A stretch of DNA of 64,000 nucleotides from Octopus bimaculoides. Taxonomy: Eukaryota. Shown piece by piece: positions 49,410 to 62,502 of this stretch (positions are counted from its first letter, which is position 1; each line of letters begins with the position of its first letter). Below the pieces are notes generated by a model that was not told where the DNA came from, ran no database searches, and saw nothing but the letters and a program-made list of their open reading frames with translations. The position numbers were made by a program, and so were the translations under genes. The stretch is taken from NCBI RefSeq assembly GCF_001194135.2, contig NC_068987.1:51256206-51320205 (forward strand). Reading direction: 5' to 3'.

Positions 49410-50529
49410 TGACTATGATCCCCCCCCTGTGTGTGGCCTTGACGTGGCAGGGAGGCTTGCGTACTCTCATGATCCCTAGAGCATGTGCCAGTGGGGGAAT
49501 GTTCACTTGGTAGGTTCAACCTTGCTGGTGTGGTCGAAGAGGAGGTGTCAGACTAAGGTATACACATCGACCCTCCAGATTCGGAGGTTGTGCTATTGGC
49601 TAACACCCTATACACGTAAAAGAAAAATACATGCTATAGAAACCGACAACAATTCATTTAACACTAATTCAGTTCTTGGGAGAACCAGAGTTCCGATTCA
49701 GAGACTGATGATGCGCTGTATCCAAACCCCGTCAAGAAGCTACTGGGCTGAGGACAACCTTGAAGGGCGATTCAAAGCTGCTCTCACAGAAGAAGCACAT
49801 CCTTCTTGGAACCTGGAATGTGAGAACACTTCAAGAGACAGGAAGGTGCGCACAAGCGGTGGGGGAGATGCACCAGTATCACCTCACGCTACTCGGCATG
49901 TGTGAAGTAAGTTGGAACTTCTTCGGAGAGATCAAATTAGAGACGGGCAAAACACTTCTCTACTCGGGTAAAGGCAATGAAGAGGACCAACATGAAGCTG
50001 GGGTAGCGCTGTTGAAGGGAACAGCAAGGAGTCTGATGGAGTGGGAACCGGTGTCTGATCGCATCATCACGGCCAGGTTTGAGTACGGGTTCCAACAAGT
50101 GTCCATCATTATGTGTTATGCATCTACAAATAATGCGCAGGAGAACACAAAAGAGCTGTTATACTCCCAGTTACAGACAGTGGTAGACAGGATTCCTAGA
50201 ACAGACATGTTGATTCTTATGGGAGACATGAATGCTAAAGTTGGAAGTGACAATAGTGGAAGAGAGAGAGAGAATGATGGGAAGAAATGGCCTCGGAGTG
50301 ATGAATAAAAACGGGGAACTCCTAGCTGATTTCTGTGCTGCCAATCCTCTTCCCACACAGACGTTGCCTTAAAGCCACCTGGGTATCACCAGAACAGCAG
50401 ACGGAAAACCTGATGGACCATATTGTAGTTCGGCAATGGTGGAGGAGTTCACTTCAAGATGTGAGAACCAAGCGAGGAGCAGATAGTGGATCGAATCACT
50501 ATCTGGTGATAGCGAAACTCAAGGTTCAC
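49410..50529 (+). mobile_element. RTE-clade LINE 5' part: UTR plus APE endonuclease domain
   Basis: GTWNVRTL..LLGMCEVSW..LYSG..GVALL..SDRIITAR..GDMNAKVG..TW.SP..DHIVV..RGADSGSNHYLVIAKLK. Confidence 0.9.
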
Positions 50530-51217
50530 CCCCGTAGTCTTTGACATTTTGAAAACTTCTGCTTCTTCCTCTGTATGATAGAAGATGGCTGTCACCAGCC
50601 ATGCCTCGTCAATTTCAGGGGGTACTCTACCTATCGTTACTCTGGTCACATATTTGCCACAGTAAGTAGGTTGTAGTGCCCACTCCGCTGATTTCAAGGC
50701 TACAGTTGAGTACTTCTTTGCTTCATTTTCGTTTACGAAGCGCGCCTCCACTGTGCCGGACTTCCATCCTCTGGTGTAGAATGTAGTCTCTTCTTGCACC
50801 TCTTTCAAACATTCCTCTATCATTTCTACGGCTGCTATCTCTACTTTCTTCGACGCTATGTTTAGCGTTCTATAAATGATAGTTGTCTTTTGGTATTCTC
50901 AATAACTTCCTTGGGAGGCGTTAGTCTGAGACTGTCTCCCTTCTTTTGTATTTCTTGAAATCCTTGTCTTTGATTTCTATTTCACCATGGAGTATCTCCG
51001 CTGACAGGCTTTTGCCAGTCACCGCAGTATAACCCTGTTTGTACTTGTCTATTCTCCATGATAATGTTCTTCACAGCTTCGCCCATACATGGGGAAGACA
51101 AATAAAAATTCCAACAAATTCAAGTAGTAACAATAATTCAACAATTCAAGAAATAACAGGTTAACAATAACAGGACTCACATGGAGCATACACACTTTCT
51201 ACTCAAAAATAAGGACA
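50524..51217 (-). mobile_element. Tx1/L1-like ORF1 element, copy D (same subfamily as A), 3'-truncated
   Basis: IIYRTLNIASKKVEIAA..GTVEARF..RVTIGRVPPEIDEAWLVTAI; 5'UTR aligns with 6940-7140. Confidence 0.8.
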
Positions 51218-51241
51218 AACGTTTCTGCCAGCTCACCACCT
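51218..51241 (-). mobile_element. SINE family 2 head, truncated after cgtt
   Basis: Minus strand aggtggtgagctggcagaaacgtt; compare the intact head at ~42545-42565(-). Confidence 0.65.
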
Positions 51242-53006
51242 AAGACCACACTTATCATAATAATTATTTTTTGATTTTGGAAGAGTGCTACCAATTTTGA
51301 AAGTAGAATGCTAGTCTATACCTTCGTCACGAGAACATGATTGCTAATTTATTTCAGCGAGCTAGGAGGGATGGAATTTAAAATTAATTTGAAAAATGTG
51401 ATCAGTGAGTTTGAAATTAATATGAAGAAAAAAAAAACTCGGAACAAATGTCACAAAATATTTATTTCGACGCTCCTCTGTAAATACAAAGATTTTAAAT
51501 TTTAGTACCATGTCACTAATTTTCTGGGAGAAATTATCGTAGATAAATTTGATTTTAATACCTGACTGATAGCTATTTTAGTGCCAAGAAAGACCAAATA
51601 GTAATTTGAACTCACTTACATGGTGCATCATAACAGGGAGGAGTAGAACGAAAAACATTTTGCAATTCCTTTTGTTCGGCATATCTGAAACAGTTGGGCA
51701 TTGGACTAAATGAAATGCGATGTTTAGTTGCCTCTTTATCATCCAGCATTCAAATTGTGTCGCGAGATGTGGATGATTGTCTTTAATCCTTTAACCTACT
51801 CGGTAAAATTTTTACCATCTAACTATTGAGGACGATTTAATCGACCACAATTTTTCCTCTTTACATTTTGGTCTTCTGCCTATTATTACGAACATGCCAC
51901 TGAATGCTTGATATTTGGATCCAATTCAACGATATTCCTGTTGATAATTCCCTTCAGAATTTATCTAATATATTAGTTAATATTGAAGCATCGCATGGTA
52001 CATAGAAACTGATGACGTCGGCTGGAATGTAAAGAAAAATACTGCTGTCCTGAAACATGAGCTAATCTCCAGGGAACTGATATTTCAATGAATAAAGTAC
52101 TGGTGAAATCTAAATATGTTTATGTCCATCTTTCTGCATTACACTTAATCACTTCATTTTGTTCCTCTATGAAATCCTTTCACAGTTCCAACCAGAACAC
52201 CCAAGTACTTCACCCTGGATGCTAGCAGAAATAAAGAAACTATCAGCATCAATCACCTGAAGAAGACTCCCATTGAGCGAGAGGCCACTTTATCACCTCA
52301 TCAAGCCAACCCACCTGCATCATTACATTTTTCTGCAGGCACCTTCACACCACAGACACAGGCAAGTACATTAAAACACAACACACACTATTTGAAGTGG
52401 ATAATCACTACGACTCATTCTTTTTCACATACTGGCACTTCTAGCTTCATTGAATAAAACGATTTTATATTCATATATTTCATTGATTTCCCTAGCGACG
52501 ATTTTCTAAGCAAGGCACACCAAGTTGTGTTTCAATTGTTTTCCATACTAATGTCAGATTCTAGTTTCAGTTTCCTATTTAAGTACGTGAAAACACAGTT
52601 AATGATTAGAGCATTAAATACTAACGTATATTCATATATGCGGTAAAAACATAACAAACAATATTTGTTGACGATGGGTGTTATTATTCCTATCTTATTT
52701 ATTTTCAGCAGCATATAACCTTTCTTCAACTTGTAGAATTATTGATTAATTTCCTAAGTAGGTATCATAAATTGTACACTCATAGGCGTGAAATGCGAGT
52801 AATATTTACAGATTGCAGTTTTCTTGAAAGTGATCTGTGTATATATAATTATGATAGTCAAATTGTATTCCGTGATGAAACAATGGAAATCTATTCCTCT
52901 TTGAAGGACAAAAAAAAATCTTAATATATTATTACCTCTAATATAAGGATAAAATTTTATCAGCAGCCAGGATATGAAAAATACATTTTAAGGTGAAAAG
53001 TATACA

Positions 53007-53139
53007 ATTATAAATAAGGGCAAAAAGAAAAAAAAATCTATTTGCCAATATACTGGAAAAAGACGCTAAATTGACGATTTAGCGTCTATTTTTCAGCATA
53101 TTGGCAAAGAAAATGTTTTCTTTTTCACTTTATTTATAA
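53007..53139. repeat. Hairpin / small foldback
   Basis: Centre agacgctaaat-tgacg-atttagcgtct, with imperfect arms out to attataaataag / cttatttataat. Confidence 0.7.
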
Positions 53140-53305
53140 TAATATATCATTATTAATATTTATTCAATTCAAATGTGAATATATCTCAAATATTAGCCAA
53201 TGGAATTCGATAGGGCTTTTAACGTTTGTGGTTAACATGTTCTATTCACAACAACTGAATTTCGGGNNNNNNNNNNNNTATATATATATATATATATATA
53301 TATAT

Positions 53306-54200
53306 GGGCTGAGGATAACAACATACATTTTAATGCAAGTAAATTCCAGGCCTTAAGCTACTAGTTAAGCAATTCTCAGGAATCACGACATCAGTACGTT
53401 GGACCAAGTGGAGCAACGATCCCAGAATCAAATGCGGTGCGTGATCTTGGAATAGAAATGAGCAATAGTGCCTCATTTCACACACATATCAACAAAAATG
53501 GTAGCAGTATCCAGAAGACTGGCCGGTTGGATTCTGAGAACCTTCCGGACAAAGGGCCAAGAAACTATGATGACGCTCTGGAAGTCATTTATCCTCAGCC
53601 GACTGGACTACTGCTCTCAGCTATTGTCACCTTATACTACAAGGACGATAGCAGAGCTTGAAGCAGTCCAACCACATTACACAAAGAAAGTTGCATCAAT
53701 GGAACGACTGAGTTACTGGGACAGATTGAAAAAGCTACGACTCTATTCTCTGGAACGAAGGTGGGAGAAGCATGCAGTGATATATAAAAAATACTGGAAG
53801 GACTGGTACCAAACTTTAGAATAAAGAGTTATACCGGACCACGAACACGACGTCATTGTGCTGTCTCCACTGTGCCGCCTGCTTCATTTCGGGCACGGAC
53901 GATGTATTGCAATAGCTTGGGCTCCAAGGGTCCACAGCTGTTTAATTGTCTGCCGAAGTATCTGAGGAGCCTCCATGGAGTGGATGTAGACGCTTTCAAA
54001 CGTGAACTTGACCTCTGGCTCGACGAGATCCCAGATGAGTCAATATCTAGGCAAGAAACTCAAATGAGGGCAGTAACATCGAACTCCATCCTTTACCGAA
54101 AGTCTCTCCGACAAAGGTGGAAAGTGGAAAGATGATAACAATGGCAGTGCTCCAGAATGGCCACAGTAATTGGACTGAAACTTATAAAAGAATAAAAAAG
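53306..54200 (+). mobile_element. CR1/L2-like LINE, 5'-truncated 3' end
   Basis: VRDLGI..GWILRTFRT..LSRLDYCSQL..LEAVQ..LSYWDRLKKLRLYSLERR..GPQLFNCLP..FKRELD; tail ends in aagaataaaa repeats. Confidence 0.85.
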
Positions 54201-54399
54201 AATAAAACCATATATAGTAAAAGAAAAAAATAATAATAAGGCAAAATGCTAAAACTGAAAGCATATTTCAATATAGATGTGTATAAGGAGGATTCAAAAG
54301 GATTTCTAAACGGCTTTCATTGCATGGCAAATTTTCAAGAAGAGGGAAAATGAAAATAATATTCTTTACAAAAAAAAACAATATATATAAAAAAATAAC

Positions 54400-54995
54400 T
54401 ATACCAATACAATATATTGTCTTTGAGCTTTTAAAGTTCAATGATAATCCATGTAGATAATTGTTAGGAAGATTAGGATGAATGTATTTAAGATTAGTGT
54501 TCTGTTTAAAAAAGCTGAATGCTTATGTGTCAAACAGGAAGTGTGGATAAGGGGAGACAATTCTGTGGGTTTTATACTCTTTAGTTGGACGTCTGGGCTC
54601 TTTGTTAAGAGGAAGTTTATGTCTGTTCTTAGAGAAACAAGAAGTAAAATTATATGTATTTCATTGGGTAGGCGAGAGAAGGGAATATGGCCACCGAAGA
54701 GTTTGTATGTTAAGAAGCGTTTGGTATTTCTCTATAAAAAGATTCTCCTTGTTGATTCTTTCTTGTGTAGAGATTCTGTCTGTCATTGACAGAAAGGGAA
54801 TATAAGGAATTTAGGTTTTTTATTTCTGGCGCAAGACTCTATGTGGCCACTGATTGGAATTTGGCGGTGTTGTGGAAGATTTATTTGTTCTTTATGGACT
54901 ACTACTCTTCTACGCAAATGGGGGCTCGCCTGTCCGATATAGATTTGTTTGCAACCTACGCATATGAGGACATAAATGCGGTTAACACAACCCCA
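54400..54995 (-). mobile_element. Penelope-like GIY-YIG endonuclease plus 3' region
   Basis: Minus strand IYVLICVGCKQIYIGQ (YIGQ at 54930-54941)..LRRRVVVHKEQI..SGHIESCA..FLIFPF. Confidence 0.85.
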
Positions 54996-55008
54996 CCATT
55001 TACTGACT

Positions 55009-55040
<32 letters not shown>

Positions 55041-55750
55041 AATAAGATTTGGGTATAAAAACGTTTAGTATACCAGGCAAAACTGGTTCAGAATTATTGG
55101 CTACGGGATGTGAACATACAATGACAATGTTCAATGTTCTTGTTAAAGGATATGCATCAGAAATTTCACAATATTAATAGAGTTGATATATATTGATGAA
55201 AAATAGGAAATGGATTGTAAGACATTCGTAATTTTAAATGACTACAATTGGTTCGACCTAGGTTACATACGTAGTACAATGGTAAGATAATATAACTATC
55301 ATATTGTGTAGTTACTATCATCATTCAGAAAAGATGCAAGGTATATTTCTTTAGGTGATAATCTTAAATAAGTGCTTTGTTAGATCATACTGTCATTTCA
55401 CTCTGTATGAGTATGAACACCCAAAGTAGTGGGCTATTTTCATCGCTTTGCTGACAAAACTAAACGCATGGATATGGTAACAAACAAAGCACAAGTATCA
55501 TCAAATTACTAGATACAGAAGCTGACAAGCAGGAAAAACAAAGGTCAAGTTAAATACAAATTATATTTATATCTTATGTTATATGGAATAAAAGTCAAAG
55601 CCAGGAATCAGAAACACTGTATCTGAGAATATGATAGAGGGCGACACCTTATACAATGATAATTCTTTTCTCCACAACAACGGCAGTAATTATGCCATCA
55701 TAATTTGAAAGAAATATATTTCAAATATTTTTTACAAACTAAATTTCATG

Positions 55751-55805
<55 letters not shown>

Positions 55806-55944
55806 ATATATATTTATATNNNNNNNNNNNNNNNNNNNNNNNNNNNNNNNNNNNNNNNNNNNNNNNNNNNNNNNNNNNNNNNNNNNNNNNNNNNNNNNNN
55901 NNNNNNNNNNNNNNNNNNNNNNNNNNNNNCATATATATACACGT

Positions 55945-56130
55945 TTACATTGCTTCTCCATCGCTTAACACTCGGTATCAGAGTGTTTACAGCTCTGTAA
56001 CTTAGCTGTTCGTCACAAGAGTCCGAATATATATCAGGTTTAAAATAAAGTATGTGACCGGTTTGATTGATACACCTAAGAACGCGGTGCTCCTGTATGA
56101 GCTGTAATTCCAATGCCTAAAATAAAGAAA
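55945..56130 (+). mobile_element. SINE family 1, 3' half, diverged
   Basis: gtgtttac..gtaacttagctgttcg..gcggtgctcc. Confidence 0.55.
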
Positions 56131-59100
56131 ACTATAAATTGTTGTACGTTTTTTACCGACGTTCTTAGTTTAAGAATCAAACTTTTAAAAATCATGCGAC
56201 GAAAAAAATAATTGAATTTAAGTTAAGTTAACTCTTAGGTTTTTAAACGAGTCAATTGCAAGTAAATATATACTTTTTAAATTGGTTTTACACTCTTGGG
56301 AACTGAAATCAATTTGGTTGAAATCATCATACAAACTTATACATCACCCTGCCTCAACACTCCCAGAAACACACAGACCTCACACTCATACACACGTAAA
56401 ATACACTAACTATTAAGTTGTATGTGTAAGCTTGTTCAGATTCCTTTACAAATATTTTCAATATTTACCCCTTTACATAGTTTTGTGATTATGATAGATT
56501 AATTGAGACTTACTCCAAGATTTCAGAGAGTATATTTATATTCATAGTAACACACAAGTTTTTAAAACTGTTGATATTTCAAAGTATATTTATATAACTG
56601 TGTGTCTTAGTGGTTCATGTGTAAGAACCGCTTTGATAAAGACTGGGGAGGTGGTTGCACGTTGTAATCTTGTGCACAACACGTCACATCACGTAATTGT
56701 TCGTTTCTACTGAACTGGAAATAAGTACCAACACACTTCTAGCTCACCACCATATCTCCAGCTGTTGCATCCTATCTGTTCCGCTTGTTCAAGTGTGAAT
56801 CGACCAGAGGGTGTCTATATCTGTACATAGTACTCCGGCACTTAAACGATTGCACAAGGCTTGATGCAAGCTATCAATTAATACTTACTTCCAAATGTCG
56901 TCTAAGTTTATTTTCTGATTTTGTGTTGTTTAAAATCTTATGAAACGTATTTCATTCGCTTTAGTTTTATGACAAATGTCAGGTTTAAGTTATTATTAAC
57001 ATTTGTCCTGTTTCATAAATTTGGTCATGAGTTCATTTTCGCCACTACGTCAATTCCTTTTATAATCCGTTCATTGTTAATTATAAACGTCTCACTACGC
57101 AATATTCAGAACCAAGAAAATATCATATATGTCAGATGTTCATACTTCGGTTGAGCTAAATGTAATAACAAGTACTGAGAAATCATATCCTATAACGGTC
57201 TGAAGCGAGTTAATTCACTTGCCATATAAAGATTACAGCTGCTTTATTTCTATATTAATTGTAGAATAATGTCGTTTGATTTTGATGCTTTTAGTAGCTT
57301 TACTTATAGTTTTGGCTTCTTTTCCAGTATTCTCCTTACAGCCGACCCACAAAAATATCCACTGATATCTGTACTTCTTAGAACATGCGCACTTAAAAAG
57401 ACACATGCGTGCTTACCCTCGCAGACACATCTTCATACACAGAGAAATAGACACAGGCAAAAAGACAGACAGACAGACGCAAATACATGCACAACGTTAC
57501 AAATTTCGTATATCTTGCTGTCAAAATGAGGCTATCGGCAAACATACTATTAGGGGTATTATTACATCAAGAATTTTTTCTGGATATTCGGCCTATATAG
57601 TTATGCTACTGCTACTGCTGTAATTACTATTAAATTATATCCACCGTCAGATAGCTTTTATCAATTCTTGTCAGACAGCATTTATCATTCCCGATTAATT
57701 GCATAGCTTTTCTGATGAAGTTATTGACTAATTGACAGGTCATGCAAATAACCGAAATCTCAAAACCAGCTGCCTTACGAGATTTCAAAATATTGTCTTC
57801 GGTAAGACGTGGTAACTACATTACACTTGTATGGATTATTCAATAAAACACGAATATATTTTTTGCTTACAGTATATCCAGTCTAAACTGTGACTTTTTT
57901 ATCGATATGTATTGGCATAATAATCATTTAATTTATCACCTTTAATATAGATCAATTCCCTTTCATATAATTTAATTACCATCACTACTCCGACATCAAC
58001 CGTTCTAGCCATCATATCATAAACAATAACAATAAATACATCATATGCTTATGTTTTTTCCGTCCAAACTGTATTTTATTGAAATATATCGGTTTGATAA
58101 TCACTTTAAATATTTTCGTCGGAGATTTTTCAGTCTATTTTCATATTAGTCAACAATTTCAAACAAATGTTTATGTCCGGCTAATGACTTTCAGACGCAA
58201 TTCTTGAGCCAGTGATGACAGTTCGGAATATGCTTGTTTAGAAACATTTAATTATGTCAATTGCAGGCTTATGTAGTTAAAACCAATAATTAGAAAACGA
58301 CATGCATTCACCATTTTTTTCAATCTTTATCTACAGTGAAGATTTGTATACTAAATAAATTTGTTACATGCAGACAGAATTATTCTGTGAATTCGATGAT
58401 CTTTAGTTCAGTGCAATACGACTAATAATTTTAAAATAGATTATTTGAAATATATCAAACCCTTTTTACAGTGGATATTTAGAAATGTCTTGTACTCAGG
58501 AACGGTCATTTAAAGATATGAAATCGGTGACTTACAAAATGATTTTATTTATATCAATTGACACTTTCATATTATTCTGCAGATCACCGATTTTGACTCA
58601 AAACCAAGTTAATTTTATTTGCTTAACGAGATTAACTTTACTTACATATGCAGTTAACTGTCACTTTTACATATGCCAACAGATTCAAAGTTTCGAAAAG
58701 GTATGGAGTTAATTAAATCATGCAATTATCCGGTATGCAATTGAAAGGAATCGGATAATATGCTTCTACTGATACTGCTGTTACCTATTGATAATATTTT
58801 GGTGAACACCACTAATCTTCATTTCTGGTTAAAGTCAGTTTGCTTTATTTTATATCCAGAATACTATGAAATGATGCTAAAATCTTACAATTCAATAATA
58901 TCTAATCTACTTGAGACTATTTGAATAATTAAAATTCATTACCTCCATTATTTTGAAACATTTCGTTATATATTTAAATACTTAACAAACCTAACCAGCC
59001 GAGCGAGTAATTATAGACGTCAGAGACGTGACATTTATGAATATTAATGAATCAATTCAAGTACAGTGAATATGCAATGGTATGTTTCCCATTTCATCTT

Positions 59101-59533
59101 TTTTGCGCTATTAAATACTCTGCATGACACTCACTTCTTGAGATAAATATACTATACATGTATTTCTTATTTTATTTTTATCAATAATAAGCGACACTTG
59201 GAAACTCCATACGGCATGCTATATTTTTTATAGTTTCTATCACAAGATAGTGCTTGTGTGTATACCAAGATCAACTTAGACATATAACAGAAGGACAGAG
59301 AATATTGATTGAGATTATCAAGAACCGAAACGACAACTGTATGTATTACAACCGTTTGTGAGTATCATCTACCTATACATCTATAAATTTTGAGTTAAAC
59401 GTCATAGAAGACATAAATACAGAATTAAAAACTTTCAATCTGTTATGGAACTTGGAATTAACAAGGAAATCAAATTCATCTTGGCAATATTTTGGACCCT
59501 ATTCTGCTCATATTCTACCATTAATAAAACCTG

Positions 59534-59765
59534 TGGAGACGCGTGGCTTAGGGGTTAGGGTGTTGAACTCATGATAGTAAGATTGTGATTTTGATTTCTG
59601 AACCGCGTGACACATTGTGTTCTTGTGAAAACACTTCATTTCACGTTGATCCTGTCACTCAGCTGACAGAAAGGAGTAATCCTGTAACGAGGTGGCATCC
59701 CGTCCAGATGGGGAAATTAGACGCCATGGAAAGCGGGAAAGCGGCGCTTATGACTCGAGAAGGTA
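59534..59765 (+). mobile_element. tRNA-derived SINE, possibly with Meta-type central domain
   Basis: tRNA-like head ggagacgcgtggcttaggggttaggg; internal gtaatcctgtaacgaggtggcatcccgtccag. Domain name is from recall. Confidence 0.55.
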
Positions 59766-59904
59766 ACTAAGAAGATTGGAAAAAGTAATTATACAATATA
59801 TAGCAGTAATGGCTTATAGAGACCCCATGCTTTTATGTGTAATCTACAGCGCATGGACAAAAGTGGTTAACTAAACAGTATTTATCACTAAAGGAGCACT
59901 CCGT

Positions 59905-60212
59905 CGGTTACAACGAGGGTCTCAGCTGATACGATCAAGGGAACAGCTTGCTCGTGAAATTAACCTGAAAGTGTCTGAGCAGTCCACAGACACATGTACC
60001 CCTAAACGTAGTACTCAGGGAGACACATCGTGACACATAGCGTGAAAAGTTCGGCTCTTTGAAATACAGGTACTACTCATTTTGCCAGCTGAGTTGCCTG
60101 GAGCAACGTCAAATAAAGTGTCTTGCTCAAGGACACAACGCGTCACCGGATATTGAACTCACGACATTACGATCGTGAGCCGAATGCCCAAACCACTAAG
60201 CTACACGTCTTC
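59905..60212 (-). mobile_element. tRNA-derived SINE
   Basis: Minus strand tagcttagtggttt (A box), gagttcaatatcc (B box), tgtccttgagcaagacactt. Confidence 0.75.
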
Positions 60213-62044
60213 GCATTTAGCACTATACATCATTAATAAAGGAAAAAATAATTCTAGATTTAAATACCACTAATCCTAGCAGTATATCAAGATTCTATTC
60301 TACAGATGTATGACAAAATGAAGGAGAGAGTACCTACGCTCAAGGACTGTTTCGTGGTTTGTCGACCGTTTCTCAGATAAGACACATCCGGTTTCTTTCC
60401 TCAGTCAATTGAATATATCAGTTGGTCAGAATTAGGCTAGCACCGTGGTGGATAGAAAGATTTTCACATTTTTGCATTTGATCGCTCGGAAATAATTAAA
60501 CAATATATATGCAGAATACAATATAGTTGAGAAGAGCTGAAATAAATTGTAAATATCATAAATTCTCCCTGTGGATTAAATAAGTAAGTAAAAGTATTGC
60601 TTCTATATTTCCAATGTGTAGAGTATAGATCAGCAAATTAGGCTATCTACGACAGTGCTAACCCAGTTCATTTCTGATTTATAATGAGTTGCAGTATACT
60701 AATTATTGCAGTAGAGAGCTGGATATGTCTTCGTGAAGAATGGTAAAAAGATCATGGAACACACTGTTAGGAAACTTCCTCCAACATTTCCTAAAATTAC
60801 TTCCAGGAGAGGTGCTTGCATACTTATTTTACCCACAATGCGGCTTTAGGATATCAAAATGTATCTCAGTTCTTCGAAGTTACACTTTGTTCTGCATAAA
60901 TATTTATTGTGCAATTGATAATTGGCCGTCAGACGCAAAATATGCAAATCAGTCTATTTCACGCAGTTCCAACGTAATGTATGATTGTTTTAAAATCTTT
61001 GCTTTTTGCCATCGATTGGGGGAAAACAATAAGCCAACTGCGAAACAGCCCCTCAGGAAACTTCTGTCTTGTTCTTTCTTTTACCACACGTCAAAGCTAT
61101 ATACACAAATTGTGTGCATCCTTATTTACAGAACAGTAAGATATGATATCTAAATCTTAGTATTGTTTCAGTAAGATATCTACGTAGGCGTAAAGCGGGT
61201 GTGACTATATTCTATTGCGAAGGAGAGTAATGATCTGCGTAACCGCGATAGAAAACTTGTCATTATATTATTAAATGTATGACCTAACTCAACTTTTGTT
61301 ATTTACGTAATCAATATTCAAAAAGTTATGGTATCGAATACCTGAAAATTAGATTGGAAGATCTATTATCTAGTTTTGTTAATATCCAAATATAAACAAG
61401 AAAAACTTTTGATGAAAAGTGATGCAAATAAATAGTTTTGAATTAGATAATAATACAAATTAACCAATTTTGCTAATATTCAAATATTTGCTAGAAATAT
61501 TGGAATGAATTGTATTCAATTAATTTAGCAAAAACAAAATAAATAAAAATGTTAGCAAACATATCTCTTCATTTATATCAGTGGATCAAAACAGATTTTC
61601 AGAAAAATGGAGAACGCAAGACTGAGGTTAGACATGAGGAAGTAGAACGTTGTAAGATACATGTATGCAGCATGCATGTCTCTCACAGGTGTATTTGGAG
61701 CTTTTGTTATTACTGTCTTATTACTTTGATAGAATCCTGTGTTTCTATATTGCAAGAATATCCAAACAAGTTAATTTCATTTAAAATAAAATTTCCTCCC
61801 TTTAAGAAATTTTCTTTTTCTCTTTCTTTTGTTCTCAGAGAAAACATTTCTGCAGAATAAATGTCGTTGAATTTTAGGGAAAAATAGAGCGTGAGCTAAC
61901 ATAACATAGAGATGGCAACATATTTCAACTGGTTCAATATTGTAGATAAATGTAATGATTATAGAAAACTCAGTTCCTAAGTAGATTCAGTTATCCAATG
62001 AAGACACTAGTCACATATTAATAATGTTTTCAAATGTTTGCTCA

Positions 62045-62238
62045 TGGCCAACGATTTCGGGGCAGTGGGTAAGCAGATTACATCGTCACCAGTGCTCGGC
62101 TTGTACGTATTTTATCGAACTCAAAGGATGAGAAGCAAAGTTGCCCTCGGCAGGATTTGAAATCACAACGTAAAGTCGGACGGAATGTTGCTAAGCATTT
62201 TGCTCGGTTTACTAACGATTCTGCCATTCCGCTGCCTT
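62045..62238 (-). mobile_element. SINE family 2
   Basis: Minus strand aggcagcggaatggcagaatcgttag..tgatttcaaatcctgccgagggcaactttgc. Confidence 0.75.
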
Positions 62239-62450
62239 GTCATATATTAATAATGTACGTCAGAAACATATGTATATGTGTATATGTACACGCATATAGA
62301 GATATACCAAACACACGCATCCGCATACTTGTGTGTATGTGTGTTTGTGAGAGTTTGTTGTTATTGTTGGGATTGTATTGTGTGTGTATATGTGTCTGTT
62401 TTTCTTTTGAGTGCGTGTCATTTTTTATTGGGGAACGGGCATATGGTGTT

Positions 62451-62502
<52 letters not shown>

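Noticed and set aside
49410-49620. HDV-like ribozyme at the RTE 5' end
   Set aside because: Such ribozymes are known in some RTEs, but I could not build P1/P2 pairings; only local hairpins are visible.
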